A stretch of 63,191 bases of DNA, counting the filler, from Rhabdomonas costata (taxonomy: Eukaryota): assembly GCA_019059605.1 (NCBI GenBank). It is 38 parts of 38 records of this genome, joined end to end, with 100 filler letters (N's around TTAATTAATTAA, not from the genome) between each part and the next. Parts side by side here need not be neighbours in the genome. Positions count along the whole stretch, not along the records: positions 11,668 to 13,233 come from JAHMHO010012906.1; positions 13,334 to 14,901 come from JAHMHO010012907.1; positions 15,002 to 16,566 come from JAHMHO010012908.1; positions 16,667 to 18,231 come from JAHMHO010012909.1; positions 18,332 to 19,897 come from JAHMHO010012910.1; positions 19,998 to 21,563 come from JAHMHO010012911.1; positions 21,664 to 23,229 come from JAHMHO010012912.1; positions 23,330 to 24,895 come from JAHMHO010012913.1; 30 more parts are not named here. One strand, 5' to 3'. Made by a program: the position numbers and the translations under genes. The notes under the pieces were generated by a model. The model saw only the letters and a program-made list of their open reading frames with translations, was not told where the DNA came from and searched no databases. Of this stretch, positions 12,591 through 23,762 are shown piece after piece (within the stretch, counting starts at the first letter, position 1; each line of letters begins with the position of its first letter).

Positions 12591-13233
12591 ATGAAGCGCA
12601 TGAACGTGTCGGGTGCCCTTCTTTCCCTTGTCATTACTACGCTTTTTTTCGCTTCATCGTCCTCGGTTGCTTCCACGTCTTGGAGCAATATCAGTGCTCC
12701 CAGGGTGCTTCTGGTGGACGCCGTTTTTCCCAACAAACTGGCTGCTTGGAGACTGAATGAAGTTCTGGCATTCATGGAGCGGTTCGACACGGATATTTTA
12801 GTTATCAGTCGCTCGTGGAGGTTCACCTTTGACTGGGAAGCTTTGCGCCTGAGCCATGGGTTGGACCGGTACAACCTGCTGATATTTAATCCGCACCTGA
12901 ACCACCTGAATGTCCATAACGGCGTTGAGATGGAAAGTAACCTCGCTTCGACGGCCGCAGGTTCAACCGAGCGGTTAGGGCTCAGTACTTGCTAAGGCTG
13001 CGAAAGTACGGCGAAGGTCCCGTCCGGTTTAAAGATTACGCTGCCGTTCATCACATCTTTATAGACTGCTGGGACTATTTCAACAAGATGTCCTCTGCTG
13101 CTGTTCCTGCCTGGAAGCAAAGCATCCACTTGTACCCCGGAGGAGGCATGTTGGCGGGTGATCCTGTGCACATGTCCAAATTCAAAGCGATGCCAGCGGA
13201 AGTTTTGCTGTTCCCCACCCAAGCTTTTCTGTT
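12591..13233 (+). CDS. putative glycosyltransferase (GT-B/GT4-like N-terminal part) with N-terminal hydrophobic segment; one frameshift near 12940; 3'-truncated
   Basis: A hydrophobic leader is followed by LLVDAVFPNKLAAWRLNEVLAFM. After a -1 frame change come PRFDGRRFNRAVRAQYLLRLRK, HHIF, SIHLYPGGG and FPTQAF, resembling the D-x-F-P...R-x-x-E and LYPGGG motifs I recall from a bacterial GT4-like family. Confidence 0.55.
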
Positions 13234-14229
13234 NNNNNNNNNNNNNNNNNNNNNNNNNNNNNNNNNNNNNNNNNNNNTTAATTAATTAANNNNNNNNNNN
13301 NNNNNNNNNNNNNNNNNNNNNNNNNNNNNNNNNGGGGTGGTGGTACAGCGCGTACATGATCAACGCGCTGTACCACTACCTCCAGCTCCAGTTGGTCAAA
13401 GATCTCAAGACAGTCAGTTTTGAAGAGGCCACTAAAGAGGCAATTGCTCGTCTCGTTCATTTGAGCCTTTTAGGACAATGCAGCTTCCCGTGCCTCTGTT
13501 TGCGAAAAAACATGTTGTCGGGGAGTGACGACTGACAGATCATGGTTGTATCCTTCCCGTCAGTCCGCTTCGCTTCCCTCCTCCTCTTCCTTCACTGCTT
13601 CATTCCACCACCATACGAGCGTAGCGCGTATGGGTGGGGGAATGCAGAAGACACGACGGTAGGGAGTAGGTGAGGGAGCGTGCCGTGTAGCGTGGAGCGA
13701 CTGAACAACGCATCTAGGGAGTGACGAGCGCAGCGAGTCACGACCAGCAAAGACATCTTGTGGGCCCCATGAACGCAGTGATTGGGGATAGTAGGAGGCA
13801 TGGCCGTAACGCAGTGGAGGACATGCCGACATCATGAACCCCACGAGCGTAGCGAGTAGCATCTTCTATACGTGTCACTTCGCATCATTACACCCCCATA
13901 ATGGGCTTATAGGATGCTCCGTCCTGGCGTAGCCACAGGAACCACCAAGAGACTACGCTTTAGAGGTCGAGGGCATGTCTGAGGAACGAGAGCATGACCT
14001 AGCAGTGAAGGTAAAGGCATATGCGATAGGAATGCCAAGAATGATCCATGAGTAGAAGTAAGACAGATGGAACGGAGCGTAGCGGAGTACAAGACAGAAC
14101 CCCTCAGAATCTTTACACCCTTCAAGGCATCACGTAGGCATGAGTGCGTCGCGATCTTTCCGTAGTAGTGTGCTCTTGCACCGCAGGTAGGAACATCAAC
14201 ACCCCTCTCACACTCTCAAAGCTGGTAGG

Positions 14230-14901
14230 ATTATGCACTCAAGAACCACCTCCTCACCATATGCTGAACCCCTCGACTTACCCTCTGATTCAGAAACAAG
14301 AACACACACCATCACCACATGAAGCCATGATAGATACGCGTAAAACATCGACACATGCAAGCCATTGACACATCCTTACAACCCCTCCTCACCACCCCAA
14401 GACACCATGACACACCCTGGAACACGACAACCACTCAACAGGCACTGGACATCCTGACACCGTAACACCACCACTCGACAAGCACTTGAGACGGAGAGCA
14501 TGGTTGCATAGACCCGGAGACAGAAGCACTAACAAAGCAGTAGACATGACACCGGTACACCAACACACAGCACTACAGAGGGAATACAAAGAGCATGGTA
14601 GCTGGGAGCATGGTTGTAACGCAAAGCACTAACCAAGCACTGGACACGGTGATACAACAGCGGCAGCAACAAGCACTGGGGAAGCACTACACAGGATGAC
14701 ACAGAGCGCATGACACAGAGAGCATGGTTGTTGAGATCATGGTTACAGTAGCACACAGGAAGCGCAAGAAACACAAAGAGAAGGAGACAGAGCACGAACC
14801 CAACACTACGACAACTCCACAGTACAGCACCTCCCATAACATCCACTGTACTACAAGAAGCGCAAGAGACACAAAGAGACAGGAAGCACAACACACACAC
14901 A
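14230..14901. repeat. T-poor degenerate repeat mosaic
   Basis: Recurrent AGCATGGT(T) (4 copies plus ATCATGGTT), AAGCACT (6 copies) and GAAGCGCAAGARACACAAAGAG (about 14759 and 14857). The plus strand is strongly A/C-biased. Confidence 0.6.
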
Positions 14902-15001
14902 NNNNNNNNNNNNNNNNNNNNNNNNNNNNNNNNNNNNNNNNNNNNTTAATTAATTAANNNNNNNNNNNNNNNNNNNNNNNNNNNNNNNNNNNNNNNNNNN
15001 N

Positions 15002-16538
15002 AGCTTCGCCGCGAACTGCACTGTCACAAACTCCGTGTACGTGAACTGCGGGTCCCGCGAGGTGAAGTTGACACCCAAGGGGCACCAGCTCAGCCCGCTG
15101 TCCCCGTAGGTGCTCACCTTAGGGGGGCCCAGCAGCTGTTGCGCGGTGTACAGCCCGCCGGGGTTAGCATACTCTGTGCTGAAGTCCAGCACGGCGGAAA
15201 CCCACAGCCCGGTCTGGTTGGTCGCGGGCACCAGCTGTGTGATGGGCTGGCCGTTACGGTACAGCAACCCCATCGTGGGCAGGCTGCCCAGAAGGACTGT
15301 AGTGATGTCCTGAAAGGGGCGTAAAAAAGAAAGAGACGAGCGGGGGGTGCAAAAGGAAAAACTTGACTGAGGCATCTGGAAGAGCACCCACTTTAAACCT
15401 AGAATACTCACTCTTCCCCACTTGTCTAACACTTCACACTTCAGGAGAGGTGGTGACAGTCAAAGCTTCTAATAAAAAGAAATTCTACCTCATAGCTAAA
15501 AAAATTGCTCCTTGGTGAAAGTCGCCAAGAATATGACGCTTATTCTTAAGTTTCTGCTTACCTCTTTCACGAACAAAATAAATGGGGGGCGTAAAACATT
15601 AACCTGTGCTCTCCAAAAAAAGGTGGTCGTTTTCCGACCTCTACCCCTTAACGCGATCAAACATATCCAAGGGTTGTTAACAAATAATCCCTCTACCGCC
15701 CGCCAACCAGACAGTAACGGTTCGATCGTGTTGCACCACTCAATGAAGCGTTGCTCAAAACTCCAGGCCACCGGAGTCGCCCCGTTGGTACTCATTATTA
15801 AGGCAAAGCAAACGCAAAAGCGCGAAAACCCCAATCCGTTGCTAATACGATCAAGAGGAATTCCAAAGCATCCTAGATCCACTTCAGAGACACACCCCGT
15901 CTGGGTCCGCCGTGAGAATCTCCACTGCCACCTCTGGGGCGCCCTCCAGCAAGTTCACGGAGACCGCGCCAGCCACTGTCGGGGGAATGTTCACGAACGC
16001 GACGTTCACCGTGACCATGCCAGAAACCTTTCCAAAAGTTTGGTCGGATTTGTATACAGAACTCTCCTGGACGGAGTACTGAAAGGTGGCGTAGCCGTTG
16101 CCCCAGCCCACACCGGAGGACTGGAAGGTCACCGCACAGCCCGGGTTACTCACCACCGTGTTTGGGGCAACTATTGGGCTGGAGCTCTCAATGGACTGGT
16201 TCAGAGACCCTAAAAGAAACAGGTTGAAACAGAAAAAGCCGTGACCATCCCACAACAATTTTGAATCAATAACAAACTACAGGTGGAATAGCAGACCCAC
16301 GTGTTCCATGAAAAGAAATCATGCACGCTTTGGTCGAAATCCAACAAAAAGCCATCAGACGAAACCTGAACACATACGCTCTTACACCTTGCGAGGGAAG
16401 CACGGTGACAGTGCAGTACAACACATCGGCGTCGGGATCGCTGATGGGCAGAGAGATGACCTGGGGCTTCCCCGCGACCGCTTGCACGGTGAGGCTGCTA
16501 GCCACCGGCGCGTGATTCAGCCGCAACTCCACTCGGCC
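15002..16538 (-). CDS. extracellular protein fragment: Ig/cadherin-like repeats plus a pappalysin/FBXL4-N-like domain; exons 16388-16538, 15896-16209, 15002-15309
   Basis: NHAPVA..DPDAD and NIPPTV..DPDGD repeats, then WVSAVLDFSTEY..QLLGPPKV..YGDS..SWCP..EFVTVQF. Both GT-AG introns are phase-consistent (1, 0). Confidence 0.8.
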
Positions 16539-16815
16539 CTGAACAAAAGAAGAACAACCCCCAACCNNNNNNNNNNNNNNNNNNNNNNNNNNNNNNNNNN
16601 NNNNNNNNNNTTAATTAATTAANNNNNNNNNNNNNNNNNNNNNNNNNNNNNNNNNNNNNNNNNNNNGTTGGTGGTGGACTGGTTAAATCGTTTTAGTTAC
16701 GGGTGCTTAGCCGGTGCGGATGAACCCTTCTTTCACCTCCGGCTTTTGTGGGTTTCCATAAGAAGACCGAAGGCTTTTTAGATCATCGCGTGCCTTCGGT
16801 CCATGGGGTGAACTT

Positions 16816-16860
16816 GTGTGCGTGTGTGTGCGTGCGTGCGTGCGTGCGTGCGCGTGTGTG
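16816..16860. repeat. (GT)/(GTGC)n microsatellite
   Basis: Visible directly as tgtgcgtgtgtgtgcgtgcgtgcgtgcgtgcgtgcgcgtgtgtg. Confidence 0.85.
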
Positions 16861-17539
16861 TTTGCTTGTTGCTGTGTCCACCGTTATCGTTGCGCAACTC
16901 GCACAACTGCATCCAAATGTTCTACGCCGGAGCGTTGTGGACATACTGATGTTGTGGTTGTTGTGTGTGGCCGGGGGTGCGGTGGGCCCTTACGTCGGGC
17001 GAAAGCGAAATAACACAAAGCCTCCGGGCAACCTTTCGCGTTTTAGTCAACTGGAGCTGCAAGAGGGTATTGTACTGTTTTAAACGGCTGTGCAGACCTC
17101 GTGCAACTCGAGAGCACTAACCTTTTTCGCTGGAAGTAAGTAAGTAGCCCCTAAAAAAATTACCTTTCTAGCACACTCGAGATTATTTGATTATTTGGAG
17201 GACGTTAAAAGGAAAGGGCCTGCGCAAAAAAAGTCTTCTTCGGCACACAGAATCCAACCCAGTGACCAATTTGTACGGTCCCTATGGCATGCTAACCCCC
17301 CCGAAATTGCTCATTTAGAGCTTCAAACGACATCCCGGGCTTGCATTCCAAATGCAGCCACCGAAGATCTGGGAAGCCAGAAGGAAAACACACCACACGA
17401 AAAGCAAATTCCTGTTGTAATGCACGCCAGCTCAGTCCATAACGAGGGAACGCGTGAGGAAGAGAGAACGGAACTGCAGGAGCGCGGCAGTGTCCAGTAG
17501 CACAGTATTGAGGTCTCGAGTTCGCCTTGGGCGATCGGA

Positions 17540-18231
17540 CTACTTGCCTTTCGCCTTCTTCTTGGCAGGCTTTTTGGGAACTAAAGAGCATCGTGTGTGC
17601 ACTTGTGTATAGGTGAGTGCAGGAATATGAGACAACGCATCGCACTTCAGCGTGCACCTATTCGCACAATACCAAACCAATACAATCTAAGGACAGCCAG
17701 TCAACGGAATTTCCCTTTCATGCCAGAGAAGACAAAAACCCAATGAACCCACGAGTGGGAAAACGCAGGGGGAGAGGATGCGTCAAAGTATGCGTACATA
17801 TTCTCATATACATTTGCACGTACATACGCAGGCGCACGCACAGACACACCACTCTTCTTTGTGGTGCGGTCCTTGGCGCGGATCCACCGCTCGGGGTCAG
17901 GGTGTCCATCTTGAGGACGCCGCGGGGAGTGCTTCTTCAGGCGCCACTTCCGCTTCTTCTCGCGGCGGGCCAGCCGTTTCCGCTCCGACAGAAGGCTGCG
18001 CTTGGGATCCTCCACCTCACTGCGCCCCATTCCAAGAGCCACGGGCAGCCCCACCCCCGCACAGCACCGACGCAGGCCCACACATTCGCACAAAAAAAAC
18101 CAAAGGAGTAGAGCCTTCATAATAGCGTTCGGTAGAGCCTGCTTACCCGCTTCTTCAAGGATCTGTCTATATTGACGGTCAGAGGAGGAGGCCCATCTCT
18201 CGCAGAGTCCATGGGCCAACGAGAAGGAAGG
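17540..18231 (-). CDS. SRP72: SRP72 C-terminal RNA-binding region; exons about 18147-18231, 17850-about 18019, 17540-17580
   Basis: A Lys/Arg-rich tract precedes HPDPERWIRAKDR (SRP72 PDPERW motif). A phase-1 join gives KKS|VPKKPAKKKAKGK* with TAG at 17540-17542. The upstream junction is uncertain. Confidence 0.85.
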
Positions 18232-19999
18232 NNNNNNNNNNNNNNNNNNNNNNNNNNNNNNNNNNNNNNNNNNNNTTAATTAATTAANNNNNNNNNNNNN
18301 NNNNNNNNNNNNNNNNNNNNNNNNNNNNNNNTTTGTGTGTCCGTGCACTTCATAAGTGTGTGTCCCTGTCAGTGTTTTGTTGGAATGTTTGCCCCGTGTT
18401 TTCTCTCCTAATGTAACACTTGAAAACTTGGTGAGTTTCTGGCTTCTTTCTTTTGTCTTCGGTTCGTCGAGCGATGGTGCCAGTTGTCTGCCATTCTGCC
18501 GTTCTCTCTCTCTTCAAAGATTCACAACGAGGTGCTCCGGTTCCGGCCCGGTTGGTCCGCCCTCGAGGGACGGAGACCAAGGACGAAGGCATCCAAAAAC
18601 ACGAAAATGCAGGGTTGTAAATTACTTCCCTGCGTCAATTATGTGCAAGTGTATCACCACCTTATCCACTGCGAGACCGAATAGTAGGCTGTAGTACCTT
18701 GGACGGCTCCCCATTCCCCCCATTCACTTTGCGTCCCGGCGTTACTCACTTTGTGCGTAGCGACAGCTACGCCACATTGCGGCAGGGTTAAGGGTCCAAT
18801 ACAGGTTTATGCAGGGGGTTAAAGGTGATGCACTTGTTCCCTGGTTTTATTGGAAGGGTTTCCCAGGATGTCTTGGGCGGGCAGCGGCCCAAGATCCTCT
18901 CTCTCTCTCTCTCATCACTTAATTGAAATCGACCTCTTTATCTCTTAATGTGGAATGAGCTTTCAACTGCGGTGGATACAATCTTGGAAAGAATAATGAA
19001 TGAAGAGCAACGAAAGGCGCTTGGAAGTTGAAGGCTTTCCTTTCAAATGAAGGAAAAAACGAACAAAACAAACAGGTGTTGGTCACTTCCTGGAATTTCT
19101 TTTGCTGTTGTTTTTATTGTTGTTGGGCTCATTATTGATAGTGGTCACTCCCGTTTGGTTTTGGTGGCCGGAACAGCCGGGACCGGAAGAGAGAGAGAGA
19201 GAGAGGCGCAGCATCTTCTGTGTGAAGGTTACCCTTGCTTTCGCCACAGCAAACCAAGGGAAAAGGGACATTGTTCTGTCCTTAACGTCCTTCGCAACTG
19301 AAAGTGTTTTGAAAAGGAACAGGTGGCCGAAGGCCGCCTTTATCTGGACCTGGGGGTGGCCTCCCGAACCAGAGGCCTCTACAAAGTGCTGGGCCAACTG
19401 TGCTTCGAGTGTCTTCCGCGCTGGCAGTGAGACGTTGAAGTGTTTCTGAAACATCATCCCTGCGTGCGTGAACTGAAAGGCGCATTGCCCACTGGTGTAA
19501 AGCAGGTTAAAAGCTGCTCTGAGCTCTGGTATGCACCATAGTGGCTCCCCTGGAGGCCATCAAGGTCGGATTTCGGACTTTCGGTTGCGCTTAAGGAAAA
19601 GATAAGAAAAAAGGGTTAGAAAAAGTAAAGCAAAAGCGATGGCTTTCAGTCTTTTTCAGTCCTCTTTTTTAACCTTTGCGGCAACTCGGGTTTCGCTCGC
19701 CTGGAAAAGACAGAATTCTTTTTAGCTGACACCAGGAGCGCCCCAACTGTGCCAGCAGCTTTATTGATCCACATGCTTAGAAGGAGAGTGTTCCTGAAGT
19801 CCTGCTGGCTCGCTCCCGCTCCGTTATGCCCTGCATAACCCTGCGGCACCCAAGCACTTGATCCAAGCACTTTCCAACTTTGCGTGTTTCTCTTTTTNNN
19901 NNNNNNNNNNNNNNNNNNNNNNNNNNNNNNNNNNNNNNNNNTTAATTAATTAANNNNNNNNNNNNNNNNNNNNNNNNNNNNNNNNNNNNNNNNNNNNCC

Positions 20000-21241
20000 T
20001 GGGAGGTCCGCTGTCTTGTTCGCTCATCGGACCGCTCTCCCACGGCTGAGGACAACGCTCATTTTGCCCAGCTGGTTGAAAAAATTATTAGCTCTGCCAA
20101 TGATTTCGATGAGAACACTTTACAGAGCTGCATAACTTCCCTCTCCAAGTCGCCTGAGCTTCTCAGCAACAGAAATCTGTGGGAATCCCTTGCTCAGTCG
20201 GCATGTCACCACGCGGAAGGCTGGTCGGCTACAGTTCCATCCAACTTGCGGCTAATTTCTGCTTCAGTCATGGGCTTTTCTAAAGTACAGTTGCTGCTTG
20301 ACCATGAGGTTCTATGGAAATCTTTGGCTGCGGTTGCTGTGTCTGCCTCTGAGCACATGACCACGCAGGAAGTGGCGATTTGCGTGAACGGGTTTTCAAA
20401 GGCTAGACTTCTCCTCACCAATCAAGAGCTCTGGTCAGCTTTGGCCAAGGCTGCGAGTGCCATGAAACCCGCGGTGGCTGCTCAGGACGTGGCCAATTGC
20501 GTAAATGGCTTTTCTAAAGTGGAAATTATCCGGGATAATCGCGAACTGTGGATGGCCCTGGCAAATGCTGCCGTCGAATTGTCCTCGCAGCTGACGCCGC
20601 AACACGTAGCAAACTGTGTGAACGGTTTCTCAAAGATTGACTATCTTTTTACTGAGCAGGAACTTTGGAAGGAATTTGGAAAAGTTTCCGTCGCTCTTGC
20701 GGCTGAAATGAGTGCTCAGCATGTTTCCAATTGCGTCAACGGGTTTTCAAAGGTAGATTCTCTTCTGAGTGACCTCTCACTTTGGGATTCACTTCTAAAA
20801 AGAGCTGTGACGCTCAGCGAGCAAATGATTCCTCAGCACATCTCCAACTGTGTCAACGGATTTTCGAAGGTCGCGTGGCTTCTCGAGCATCGTTCTTTGT
20901 GGAACACTTTTGCCAAGGCCGTAGTTTCCAATCGAACGGAGGTTATTCCGCAGCAGGTGGCGAACTTAACCAATGGCTTTTCCAAGGTTCACTTGCTTTA
21001 CGACAACCGCTTCCTTTGGGATACTCTCGCGGATTCCGCTGTGTTATCGTGCAGGTATCTCACTGCTCAGAACACCGCTAGCTGCGTCAATGGCTTCTCA
21101 AAGATTCAACAACTTCTAGAAAACAGCAAGCTTTGGTTTCCTTTGGCGAAACGATCCGTTGCTGTGCACAAAGAGATGAGCTTCCAGCATGTTGCAAACT
21201 GTGTGAGTGGTTTTTCCAAGCTCGTTTCTTGTGCATCCTTT
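20000..21241 (+). CDS. alpha-solenoid protein with 39-aa tandem repeats (OPR/HPR/FASTK-like); long exon open at the 5' contig edge
   Basis: The frame is open from the contig start. It holds 7 exact 39-aa repeats QxVxNCVNGFSK-x10-W, plus 2 degenerate and 1 partial repeat. GTAAGT donor at 21242. Confidence 0.85.
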
Positions 21242-21723
21242 GTAAGTAGTTTCTATTGTCTGTGCTTCCCACCCCCACACGTCCCCGCGTACCGACCCTG
21301 CTGTGCTCTGTGCTGTGCTCTGTGCTGTGCTCTGCGCCGCGCCGTGGTGGGTGGGGTGTAAATGGCGGCTGAGTTGTACGGGGATGAGAAGGAGAAATCA
21401 TAAAGGAAAGGAAAAGTACAAGGCCTTAGGAATCGGCAATGGCATGAAAGCTATATGCACGCAGCCTGTGACTGGAGCTTACGTCAATTGACGTACAGAT
21501 GAGAAACCCAACCACGGAGGAACACGGAGAAACGGCAAACCGCAACGTATGCGCACACATGCGNNNNNNNNNNNNNNNNNNNNNNNNNNNNNNNNNNNNN
21601 NNNNNNNTTAATTAATTAANNNNNNNNNNNNNNNNNNNNNNNNNNNNNNNNNNNNNNNNNNNNGTGGGGGAACAGCTGACGTAGATCTGAGTGGGTAGGA
21701 AGGTGGTGTGTGTGGCCTCGCAG

Positions 21724-22611
21724 GTACTGCGGCACCTCTACGTCCTGGCTGCGGGCCCGCTGGACCTAATCTCCAAGGTTTAGCCCTCTACTTTTCTCTT
21801 CTCCCCGCCGCGTTTGCGTATGAGTTGTATGTTCGTTTGTGTGCTCACTCTCACTCACTGTTTTTTTCGCATCGCATTTTTCGCCTCGCCAAGGTGCAGT
21901 TTTCCCAGCCTTGGCTATAGACGCGCGACTCGCGTCCTGTAGTTAAGGACAACTGCCCCATCCCCTGGGTCTTTCTCTCCCTCATCTTCACGTAACAATA
22001 ATGGGTGGTCCCCCCCGTCATGTTTTGTAATGTGTATACTTGTGTCCGTGGGGCTTTTCTTTAGAGCGTGGGTGCTCTGGCTCCCTTCATTCCAAAATAT
22101 GCTTTGCTGCGTGTTCATTGTTTTTCACTGTTATAGTGGCACTGTATTTCCTCGCCTTTACAGGGCCCCCACTGCATTCTGGTGTATGCTCAGGTTGTCG
22201 TGAGCAGCCCGAGGTACTTCCCGCTGATCCTGGAGACGGACAACCCCGTCCACCTTTGGTTTGCCTGCACCCCCACTGCAGATTTTCAATGCGAGATTGG
22301 CCGTTCTCTCTTTTATGGTGAATTGATATGGGAATTGCTGTCGGACGGGCATAGCTGCATATCACTTTCTTTGGCTCGCTCCCCGTTCCCCTGCCATTTT
22401 TATGTCGGTAACCGAGCGGATGCCGCTTTCCGCTTTTCGGGTGCTGAACTGCTAATGCCGTCAAGCGCGTTTCCGTGTTACTCGTTTATTATTCTGTTTC
22501 TGTTTTGTTGTTAGCATCTTATGCTATTGCGCACGCAGGGCCTTGCAGAGTGGCTCCACGATCTACGTCAAGCGCAGGGCGGGGTTTTTCTCATACTTCG
22601 ATGATCCTAAG
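21724..22611 (+). CDS. ANAPC1: anaphase-promoting complex subunit 1, C-terminal fragment; exons about 21724-21777, 22164/22194-22258, 22539-22611
   Basis: LRHLYVLAA, VVVSSPRYF and IYVKRRAGFFSYFDDPK occur in APC1 order. The last junction is phase-2 consistent; the internal exon structure is uncertain. Confidence 0.85.
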
Positions 22612-22766
22612 GTCATTTCTTTGTGGTGGACAGCAGTCCTTGCCATAACCAAGTTGCCTTTCCAGTCTGCTTCAACCGCCTGAAAATTGGGCCCGGTTGG
22701 CGGGGGAGTTGCACTTTTTCCTTCTGGCGCAATTGTATTTGGTGTTTTTTTTTGGGGGTGGTGGAG

Positions 22767-22799
22767 CGTTAAACGTTTATCGCCATTAAACGTTTAACG
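22767..22799. repeat. perfect 13-bp inverted repeat, 7-nt loop
   Basis: CGTTAAACGTTTA-tcgccat-TAAACGTTTAACG. Confidence 0.9.
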
Positions 22800-23559
22800 G
22801 CTTTGATTGGTTTTGTAATTACGTTGAGAGTGCCGTCGTAACCCCCCCCTGCGTGGGGCAAGAAGCGGCACAAAAGGTACACGAATGACCCGCCAAGGGG
22901 CGCAACAACCGGCCGAAGGGGAAAGGATAGAATATTCTGACCCGAAAGACTGGCCACGCAGCCTTTCGGGAGGCCTGCTGTATGTATACAAAATCAATGT
23001 ATGTATGCTGTCTGTATGCAAAAGACCTGCGTGAAATTAGAGTTTAACGGCGTTGGACGTTCAACCCCTCCAAAACTAAGCAGCCCCTGATTTTAGACCA
23101 TACCTTTAAACCCGTTGAAGGATCCGCAGAACACGTTCCCGCCCCAGCCGCTCGCTCGGCCGCTCCACAATAACACTTACCGGTAGTAACCGCTATTCCG
23201 ACCCCTCCTCCAACTGCAAAACCAAAAAANNNNNNNNNNNNNNNNNNNNNNNNNNNNNNNNNNNNNNNNNNNNTTAATTAATTAANNNNNNNNNNNNNNN
23301 NNNNNNNNNNNNNNNNNNNNNNNNNNNNNGGGTTGGTTTCGAAAGCGGACCACGGGAGGAATGGATTAGTGAGCTACTTTGCCGGAAGTATTTTTGTCTT
23401 TTCTTTGAGTTAGGGACAGGTATATGTCCGCCTTTTTGATGAGCATATGCCTCCGACATTAATCGAGGCTTGAGACTTGGGATGGCAGAGGATATGGCCC
23501 TGGATCCTTTCAACAGCGTTTCAGAGCTTTTCTTGCAGAACTGCTTATGCGAGAAAAAC

Positions 23560-23762
23560 ACCAACAGGTCTGCCAGGACAGGCAGGGCAGTGATGCAGTT
23601 CTTGGCCACGCACGGGCCCTTCAAGCCGGGGCGGTTCCGGGTTGAACCCCGGCTTAGCAGCCCTTTCCGGGACGTGCTCTTCCACCCGGTGTCCAAAACC
23701 TCGTGAGCGATGAAGGGGGCACAGCCGTTCAGGCTTCCTCGCACCTTTGTGTACAGCTTGTC
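23560..23762 (-). CDS. possible exon of unknown protein
   Basis: GC-rich open frame DKLYTKVRGSLNGCAPFIAHEVLDTGWK...LADLL bounded by CAG and GT. No recognisable motif. Confidence 0.3.

Noticed and set aside
21905..21990. TAG read as Gln in a possible APC1 exon (PWL*TRD), implying an alternative genetic code
   Set aside because: TAG terminates CMC4 and SRP72 normally, and no conserved exon contains an in-frame stop.
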